Source: Dickeya solani IPO 2222
GTDB lineage: Bacteria; Pseudomonadota; Gammaproteobacteria; Enterobacterales; Enterobacteriaceae
Reading direction: 5' to 3'
Assembly: GCF_001644705.1 (NCBI RefSeq)
Contig: NZ_CP015137.1
Span: forward strand, 1-32,000
DNA: 32,000 nucleotides
In this document: positions 25,531 to 32,000 of the stretch, one piece after another
Position numbering within the stretch: the stretch's first letter is position 1
Layout of the letters: each line of letters opens with the position of its first letter
Position numbers and translations under genes: made by a program
The notes under the pieces: model-generated
The model's input: only the letters and a program-made list of their open reading frames with translations
Told to the model about the DNA's origin: nothing
The model's database searches: none

Positions 25531-26371
25531 CGTACGGTGCCTCCGGCTGGTCTGCGGTCGTCGGCAGCGCCTGCCCGTGGGTATGTTTGCCCGGCCGGGC
25601 TTGCCACAGGGCCCGGGTATAAGGATGCGCCGCATCCGGCAGTTGCGAAGCGGCCAGTTCATCCACCAGTTTCCCCTGGCGCATCACCAGTATCCGGGCG
25701 CAATGGTGCACCACCAGCGGCAAATCATGGCTAATCAACAGAAGCCCCATGTGATGTTCGGTCAGCAGATGGTCGAGCAGCGATAGCACCTGCACGCGGG
25801 TTTCCCGGTCCAGCGCAAAAGTACGCTCATCGATAATCAACAGATCCGGCCGGGTGATCATCGCCATCGCCAGCATGACCCGCTGCGCCATGCCGCCGGA
25901 AATCTGGTGGGGATAGCACGCCAGCACCCCGCCGGGCTCCGCCAGACCAACCGCATTAAGACTTTCCAGCACCCGTTCGCGCCGTTCATGACGCGACAGG
26001 CTCGTATGCAGCCGCAGCGGCTCCGCCATTTGCCAGCCGATGGTTCGCATTGGGTTAAGCGCGTGTTTCGGCCCCTGCATCACCATCGCCATACGCCGGC
26101 CGCGCCACTGCCGCCATTGACGCGGACTGAGCGTCAGTAAGTCCTGCCCGGCCAGTTCGAGCCGTTCGGCCTGCATCCGGCATTCGGGTGGCAGCAACCC
26201 CATCAGCGCCCAGGCCAGCAGCGATTTACCCGCGCCGGATTCCCCCACCAGCGCCACCCGTTCGCGTCGCATGCTGAATGACAACGGTTGCACCAGCGTT
26301 TGCGGGTTGCCGTTATGGCGCCGGATCGACAGATTGCTGACCTCAAGCAACCCAGGTTCAGTGTTTGTCAT
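25523..26371 (-). CDS. ABC transporter ATP-binding protein (DppD-like)
   Basis: Walker A GESGAGKS, signature ISGGMAQR, Walker B-like LLIIDERTFALD. Confidence 0.85.
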   Translation of the reverse strand: MTNTEPGLLEVSNLSIRRHNGNPQTLVQPLSFSMRRERVALVGESGAGKSLLAWALMGLLPPECRMQAERLELAGQDLLTLSPRQWRQWRGRRMAMVMQGPKHALNPMRTIGWQMAEPLRLHTSLSRHERRERVLESLNAVGLAEPGGVLACYPHQISGGMAQRVMLAMAMITRPDLLIIDERTFALDRETRVQVLSLLDHLLTEHHMGLLLISHDLPLVVHHCARILVMRQGKLVDELAASQLPDAAHPYTRALWQARPGKHTHGQALPTTADQPEAPYDA

Positions 26372-27227
26372 AGCGGGGATCCAGTCTGTCGCGCAATACG
26401 TTGCCCAGCATATTAAAGGTCAGGCTGGTGAGGAAGATAGCCAACCCCGGCATGGTGGCGACCCACCACTGCTCAAGCATCACGCTGCTGCCTTCCGCCA
26501 CCATCGCGCCCCACTCCGCCATCGGCGGCGGCGCGCCCACACCGAGAAACCCAAGCCCGGCCGCCGCCAGGATCATGTTGCCCGGCGTCATGGCCGCCCG
26601 CGTCAGCGCGCCGGGCAGACATAACGGCAGCACATGGCCGTACATCAGCCGCCATCCGTCGATACCCTGCATACGGGCGGCAGCCAAAAATTCGCTGTTG
26701 CGCAGCGCCATGGTTTCAGCCCGCGCCTGACGGGCAAACTGCGGCCAGGCGGTCAACGCCAGCGCCAGTGCGCCATGCAGCAGCCCCGCCCCCAACACCG
26801 CCACCAGCGACAAGGCAATCACCAGCCCGGGCAACGCCAGCATAATATCCGTCAGCCGCATCAGTAGCCGATCGACCCAGCCGCCAAGATAGCCGGCGCC
26901 CACCCCGATCAGCAACCCGATGGGAATGGTGATCACCAGAATCAGCGCCACCATCGTCAGCGCCGGCCGGGTGCCATAAATTACCCTTGAGAACAGGTCT
27001 CGGCCAAAGCCGTCGGTCCCCAGCCAGTGGTCCGCGCCAGGTGGCTGCAAGCGGTGCATCACATTTTGGCTATAGGGATCAAACGGCGCCAACCAGGGTG
27101 CGAACAGCGCGAGCAGTGTCAGCAGGCTCAACATCACAATGCAGACATTGAGACTGTTCAGCACCGTGGCGCGGCGCGCTGACCGGCGCGGCTGACGGTC
27201 GGTATAAAATGAATGTATCCGCCTCAT
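26358..27227 (-). CDS. ABC transporter permease (DppC-like)
   Basis: MRRIHSFY...WLGTDGFGRDLFSRVIYG is an N-terminal motif typical of DppC/OppC permeases. There is an ATGA overlap with the upstream permease stop at 27224-27227; the 420-aa ORF-track form is an artefactual extension. Confidence 0.85.
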   Translation of the reverse strand: MRRIHSFYTDRQPRRSARRATVLNSLNVCIVMLSLLTLLALFAPWLAPFDPYSQNVMHRLQPPGADHWLGTDGFGRDLFSRVIYGTRPALTMVALILVITIPIGLLIGVGAGYLGGWVDRLLMRLTDIMLALPGLVIALSLVAVLGAGLLHGALALALTAWPQFARQARAETMALRNSEFLAAARMQGIDGWRLMYGHVLPLCLPGALTRAAMTPGNMILAAAGLGFLGVGAPPPMAEWGAMVAEGSSVMLEQWWVATMPGLAIFLTSLTFNMLGNVLRDRLDPRYDKH

Positions 27228-28264
27228 CGTGTTCGGGGGTCCAGCAAAAAGATCAAGGCATCCGCCAGCGCGTTCAGCAGAATAAAGCAGACGCCAATCA
27301 ACAGCGTCGCCCCCAGCACCGCCGGGATATCGGCGGCAAACAGCGCGGTGGTCAGATAGCGCCCCACGCCCGGCCAGGAGAATACGGTTTCCACCAGTAT
27401 CGCCCCTTCCAGCAGGCTGGCGTAAGACAGCATCAATACCGTTACCATCACCGTCTGAATATTCGGCAGGATATGAAAAAACAGGATGCGTAGCGGACTG
27501 GCGCCCATAGCGCGGGCCAGCGTCACGTACTCTTTGCCGCACTCTTCCAGAATGGCGGTGCGCAGCATACGGGCGATGCTGGCCATCGACACAAAACCCA
27601 ACACGCAGGCCGGCAGCCACAAATGCGCCAGCGCGTTGCGAAACATCGCCAGATCGCTATTCCAGCCGCCCAGCAGCACAAACCCGGTCGGCAATTCCGC
27701 CGAGTACTGATAGATATCATCGAATCGCCCGGGTCCCGCGGACCAGTGCAGGACGGCATAAAACAGCAACAGACTCAGCAGACCGATCCAGAACACCGGC
27801 ACCGAATAGCCCAGCAACGTAATGCCGCGCACCAGATAATCCAGCACGCCGCCGGGTTTCAACGCCGACAACAGCGCCAGCGTGATGCCGCCGCCAAACC
27901 CAATCACAATCGCACTGGTCGCCAGTTCAAAGGTCGCCGGAAAGGTACGCAGCAAATCCTCTAGCACCGGCTGCGCAGTGGTACGCGATACGCCGAAGTC
28001 GCCCTGCAACAGCGCGGAAAGATAGTGCCAGAATTGCAGCCACACCGGCTGGTCCAACCCCAATTGCTGGCGCACCTGGCTGTAGGTGGCATCGCTGGCA
28101 TGCTCGCCCATCACGGGCAGGGCCTGATCGATAGGCGCCAGATGGGTTAACAGGAAGGTGAAAAACAACAGGCCCAACAGCGTCAGGCACAATGAAAGGA
28201 AACCACCCAGCACTTTGCCGGGACGCGCCGCAGTTCCCCATATCTGTTGATAAAATGGACTCAT
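27224..28264 (-). CDS. ABC transporter permease (DppB-like)
   Basis: A six-TM pattern with the EAA-loop-like segment YVTLARAMGASPLRILFFHILPN. The start is ambiguous between ATG 28264 and GTG 28309. Confidence 0.8.
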   Translation of the reverse strand: MSPFYQQIWGTAARPGKVLGGFLSLCLTLLGLLFFTFLLTHLAPIDQALPVMGEHASDATYSQVRQQLGLDQPVWLQFWHYLSALLQGDFGVSRTTAQPVLEDLLRTFPATFELATSAIVIGFGGGITLALLSALKPGGVLDYLVRGITLLGYSVPVFWIGLLSLLLFYAVLHWSAGPGRFDDIYQYSAELPTGFVLLGGWNSDLAMFRNALAHLWLPACVLGFVSMASIARMLRTAILEECGKEYVTLARAMGASPLRILFFHILPNIQTVMVTVLMLSYASLLEGAILVETVFSWPGVGRYLTTALFAADIPAVLGATLLIGVCFILLNALADALIFLLDPRTR

Positions 28265-28414
28265 TGACGGATGCCTTGTTGCCGGGAAGGCAACCCCAGG
28301 TCGTGACACGTTGCCAGCATGGTATCATCACTGTTGCCGGACCGGTATAGACAACCTCCGTCTCAGTTCACGCCCGCGTCAGGCCTGCGCCGCGCAGAGT
28401 TAAAGGGCGCCGAT

Positions 28415-29092
28415 TTACGCCTGACCGGCGGAAGGGCCCTGCAGCAGTTCCCGCACTCGCTGCGCCAGCGCGCTCAGGCTTTCGTCCGCCATGCCGTAAT
28501 GTTTCAGCTCCTGCTCCAGCGCGAACAGATACTGGGCGTTGGTGCCGAGTGGCCCGCTGGCGCAGGCAATCAGCGGCGCAATACTCTGTATGCAGGTGTC
28601 GGCTTCCAGCAGCGGATGTTCGGGATTGGTGACAAACACCAACGCGGTGATCGGTTTGCCCCCCTGGCAGCGCAGTTCGCACCACAACGGCCGGTAACAA
28701 CCGGTCAGCATTTCGCGCTTCCACAGCAGTTCCAGTTCTTCGCGCAGGGTGGCTTCAGGCAACCGGTAGGCCAGTCCGGTGGTTTCACCGCCGGGTTTCA
28801 GCCCCAGCATGCGGCCGGGCTGGCTGTGGGTACCGCGGCCGGCGGTGAGGCGCAAACAAAAAGTACGATGCCAGCCGTTAAGCGTAGCCACACAAACCTC
28901 TTCGGCATCGAATACCGGATTCCACATCAGGGAGCCGTAACCGAACACCCAGACCGGGCTTTGGTCAGGGCGGGATGTCAGCATGCACGCCAGAGACGCC
29001 GCGCGCTGCTGTGGGGTCAGCAACAAGGATTCATCAATATTGCCAAACGAGGTTTTACAATCTGCTTTCTGCAAAAAATCACGCGTCAACAC
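28415..29092 (-). CDS. chaC: Glutathione-specific gamma-glutamylcyclotransferase ChaC
   Basis: MLTRDFLQKADCKTSFGNIDESLL...VWVFGYGSLMWNP...WHRTFCLRLTAGRGT...GPLGTNAQYLF is collinear with E. coli ChaC. Confidence 0.9.
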   Translation of the reverse strand: MLTRDFLQKADCKTSFGNIDESLLLTPQQRAASLACMLTSRPDQSPVWVFGYGSLMWNPVFDAEEVCVATLNGWHRTFCLRLTAGRGTHSQPGRMLGLKPGGETTGLAYRLPEATLREELELLWKREMLTGCYRPLWCELRCQGGKPITALVFVTNPEHPLLEADTCIQSIAPLIACASGPLGTNAQYLFALEQELKHYGMADESLSALAQRVRELLQGPSAGQA

Positions 29093-29471
29093 TACCCACT
29101 GCCCTCACTAAAACGTTTTTTACTGCGCGGCGGCATCGCCTCGCCTATTCTGGCCGATCATCAACCCTGTGATCAACGCAGGTATTGCTTATTTCTACGG
29201 CAAAATATCGTTAACCTTTACCAGAATTGTGCTAAACAGGCGGCGCAATAGCACAGGGAACATCTGTTCTTTGCTTCGCGGTGATGTCAGGCGGCGCCCT
29301 TCTTTCGCATTCATGAGAAAATGACAATCCTGTCTTATTTATGCTTTGTTTAGTCTGAAAAGGACAACCTATAAAAGGATAAAATACGTTATCATTTGAT
29401 AAAAAAAGTAAACAAAAAGTACAAAATCTTTTATTATTAATCAGATAAAACATAAAGAATGAAAACACCCC

Positions 29472-29494
29472 ATAAAAACCCGCTGATACGGGTT
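29472..29494 (-). terminator. Terminator-like hairpin on the minus strand in the chaC-chaA intergenic region
   Basis: On the minus strand: aacccg-tatcag-cgggtt followed by TTTAT. No convincing protein gene lies upstream of it on that strand. Confidence 0.4.
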
Positions 29495-29651
29495 ATACCG
29501 GGCTTTAAGTAACAATACTCTTGGCTCCAAGGGGTCGGAGAGGCAGGGAAAAATTATCCGGGCAAAACCGGCGGCATCGCCCCAAGGCATCAATCAACGC
29601 TCGGATACAATAAAAAACGATTATCTTTAGACGGTATAAGGAGACCCGACC

Positions 29652-30752
29652 ATGCCAACATCCTCCGACGCGGTGAAAACCCGTCACCACGAATACACCC
29701 TGATTTTTCCGTTGCTGGCGCTGCTGGCCCTGACATTATGGGGCGATGCCCGCAGCCTGCCGGCCATGGTTGGCATCAACCTGCTGGCGCTGGTGGGGAT
29801 CCTCGCCAGCGCATTCAGCGTGGTGCGCCACGCCGATGTGCTGGCGCATCGCCTGGGCGAACCCTATGGCTCGCTGATCCTCAGCCTGTCGGTCGTGATT
29901 CTGGAAGTCAGCCTGATTTCGGCGCTGATGGCCACCGGCGATGCCGGTCCGACGCTGATGCGCGATACCCTTTATTCTATCATTATGATCGTCAGCGGCG
30001 GTCTGGTCGGCTTCGCCCTGTTGCTGGGCGGCCGCAAATTCGCCACCCAGTACGTCAATCTGGGCGGCATCAAGCAGTATCTGATGGCAATCTTCCCGCT
30101 GGCGATACTGGTGCTGGTGTTTCCCGCCGCGTTGCCGGAAGGCAATTTCTCCGTGACGCAATCCATCATCATCGCGCTGATTTCCACCATGATGTACGGC
30201 GTATTCCTGCTGATTCAGACCCGCACGCATCAGAATCTGTTTGTCTACGAGCACGAAGATGAAAGCGATGATGACAACCCGCACCACGGCAAACCCTCGG
30301 CACACAGCTCCGCCTGGCATGCCATCTGGCTGTTGGTGCATTTGGTGGCGGTGATTGGCGTCACCAAAATGGATTCGCCGCAGTTGGAAGGGTTACTGGA
30401 GGCGATGAATGCGCCGGCCCAGTTTACCGGTTTCCTGGTAGCGCTGCTGATCCTGTCGCCGGAAGGGCTGGGCGCCATCACCGCCGTACTGCGCAATCAG
30501 GTACAACGCGCCATGAACCTGTTCTTCGGGTCGGTGCTGGCTACTATTTCGCTGACGGTACCCGCCGTGACGTTGATCGCCACCCTCACCGGCCGCTCCC
30601 TACAGTTTTCGCTCGATCTGCCGCACATTGTGGTGATGCTGTCGGTGCTGGTGCTGTGCCATATTTCCTTTTCCACCGGTCGCACCAACGTCCTCAACGG
30701 CAGCGCGCACCTGGCGCTATTCGCCGCTTACCTGATGACCATCATGCTGTAA
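29652..30752 (+). CDS. chaA: Ca2+(Na+,K+)/H+ antiporter ChaA
   Basis: [18 protein letters not shown]...[55 protein letters not shown]... is nearly collinear with E. coli ChaA. An AAGGAG RBS precedes the start. Confidence 0.95.
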   Translation: MPTSSDAVKTRHHEYTLIFPLLALLALTLWGDARSLPAMVGINLLALVGILASAFSVVRHADVLAHRLGEPYGSLILSLSVVILEVSLISALMATGDAGPTLMRDTLYSIIMIVSGGLVGFALLLGGRKFATQYVNLGGIKQYLMAIFPLAILVLVFPAALPEGNFSVTQSIIIALISTMMYGVFLLIQTRTHQNLFVYEHEDESDDDNPHHGKPSAHSSAWHAIWLLVHLVAVIGVTKMDSPQLEGLLEAMNAPAQFTGFLVALLILSPEGLGAITAVLRNQVQRAMNLFFGSVLATISLTVPAVTLIATLTGRSLQFSLDLPHIVVMLSVLVLCHISFSTGRTNVLNGSAHLALFAAYLMTIML

Positions 30753-30760
30753 GCGCCGCC

Positions 30761-30788
30761 GCCGGTATCGCCGTTTTGCGATACCGGC
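30761..30788 (+). terminator. Hairpin downstream of chaA
   Basis: 11-bp stem gccggtatcgc / gcgataccggc with loop cgtttt; the downstream T tract is weak. Confidence 0.45.
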
Positions 30789-31098
30789 ATCATGCTACTT
30801 ATTCTTGTCTACTCCTTATCGGTCTACCCTTTCCTGCCTGCGACTTCCTCCGCGTATCGGTAACGCAGCGGTTTATACGACGAGATCCTCTTCTTGTCCG
30901 GAAAAATCCTTTCCATTGATTTACCGCTGGATCTGCGTCAAAAAACAGGCGTATGGTATCGGCTTTGGACTGTGTCCCACCGCGGCGGCTGCGCTTTTTA
31001 TTTTCACTTCTCCGGCAACCACCATAGGCGGCACATGCCCTGGCCGTGACGGGCCGCTATCGACCCGCCTGTTTTTCATTGTTTGGTTCTTGTTTTCC

Positions 31099-32000
31099 AT
31101 GAAATCACACCGAATTAACGGTATCAGACCGTTCAGCGCGCTGATTGAAGCCTGCTGGCGAGAAACGTACACACTGTCGCGTTTTACTCATGATGTTATT
31201 GCCGGGATTACCGTTGGGATCATCGCCATCCCGCTGGCGATGGCGCTGGCTATCGCCAGCGGCGTGCCCCCGCAGTATGGACTCTACACGTCGGCGATCG
31301 CCGGACTGGTGATCGCGCTGTGCGGCGGTTCTCGCTACAGCGTCTCCGGCCCTACCGCTGCATTTGTGGTTATCCTTCATCCCGTGTCCCAGCAGTTCGG
31401 CATCTCCGGCCTGCTGGTCGCCACCTTGCTCTCCGGCGTGTTTTTGCTGCTGATGGGCCTGTGTCGGCTGGGCCGGCTGATTGAATACATTCCTCTGCCG
31501 GTGACGCTCGGATTTACCTCCGGCATCGCCATCACTATCGCCACCATGCAGGTAAAAGATTTTTTCGGCCTGACCATGACCACGGTGCCGGAGCACTACG
31601 TTGAAAAAGCGACGGCGCTGGTACAGGCGCTGCCGACGCTGAACATCGGCGATACGCTGGTTGGCGCAACCACGCTGCTGGTGCTGGTAGTCTGGCCGAG
31701 GCTGGGTATTCGCCTGCCGGGTCATCTCCCCGCGCTGTTGATGGGTACCGCCGTGATGGGCGTGTTGTCACGGTTTCATATGGACGTGGCGACCATCGGC
31801 TCGCGTTTCAGCTATCTGCTGGCCGACGGCAGCCACGGTCAGGGGATCCCGGCGATTCTGCCGCAGTTTTTACTGCCGTGGAACATTCCCGCGCCGGACG
31901 GCCACACCATGACGCTGAGCTGGAAAAGCCTGTCCGATCTGTTGCCCGCCGCGTTTTCTATGGCGATGCTCGGCGCCATCGAGTCGCTGTTGTGCGCAGT
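31099..32000 (+). CDS. dauA: SulP-family C4-dicarboxylate transporter DauA (YchM), 5' part; continues beyond the window
   Basis: My own translation from the ATG at 31099 gives [64 protein letters not shown]... This is collinear with E. coli DauA. It is absent from the ORF track because there is no stop within the window. Confidence 0.9.
   Translation, partial: MKSHRINGIRPFSALIEACWRETYTLSRFTHDVIAGITVGIIAIPLAMALAIASGVPPQYGLYTSAIAGLVIALCGGSRYSVSGPTAAFVVILHPVSQQFGISGLLVATLLSGVFLLLMGLCRLGRLIEYIPLPVTLGFTSGIAITIATMQVKDFFGLTMTTVPEHYVEKATALVQALPTLNIGDTLVGATTLLVLVVWPRLGIRLPGHLPALLMGTAVMGVLSRFHMDVATIGSRFSYLLADGSHGQGIPAILPQFLLPWNIPAPDGHTMTLSWKSLSDLLPAAFSMAMLGAIESLLCA

Noticed and set aside
26358-27620. 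The 420-aa form of the DppC-like permease, and likewise the 271-aa form of the second ATPase (24847-25662).
   Set aside because: The N-terminal extensions overlap the upstream genes in another frame and have no permease or ATPase similarity. Internal ATGs at 27227 and 25530 give canonical lengths and translational-coupling overlaps.
29232-29468. A 78-aa minus-strand ORF (MFSFFMFYLINNKRF...) as a possible chaB replacement or small membrane protein.
   Set aside because: It is the product of an extremely AT-rich stretch (rich in Phe, Asn, Lys and Ile), has no RBS and bears no similarity to ChaB.

Overview
Enterobacterial chromosome segment, roughly mid-50s % GC. The housekeeping proteins are close to E. 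coli orthologues; the organism looks like a soft-rot Pectobacteriaceae member, but that is inference only.

Positions 1-12.3 kb hold the right-hand part of a P2-like contractile-tail module. It contains tail-fibre tip cassettes, a Hin/Gin-family DNA invertase, a tail-fibre chaperone, sheath FI, tube FII, gpE and the gpE+E' -1 frameshift product, an unusually short protein in the tape-measure position, gpU, gpD and Ogr. The module ends at a strong terminator, followed by host DNA.

The most unusual feature is the tail-fibre inversion switch. Two convergent tip cassettes share an inverted repeat of at least 144 bp. A canonical invertase crossover site lies 44 bp upstream of the invertase gene. 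Between the cassettes, exactly between their two terminators, sit about 3.7 kb of non-phage genes: smrA, an aromatic-acid-type MFS transporter and a secreted phytase-like protein. A third tip cassette with its own ATG lies in fixed orientation after the invertase, next to the only chaperone gene.

Positions 12.6-32 kb are ordinary chromosome: guaD, a GAF-PAS-GGDEF cyclase, a Tar-like MCP, aer, a small secreted Cys-rich protein and a PrpA-like phosphatase. These are followed by a ClC channel, chaC plus a five-gene peptide-type ABC importer, chaA and the 5' part of dauA. No CRISPR array, tRNA, rRNA or IS element was recognised.
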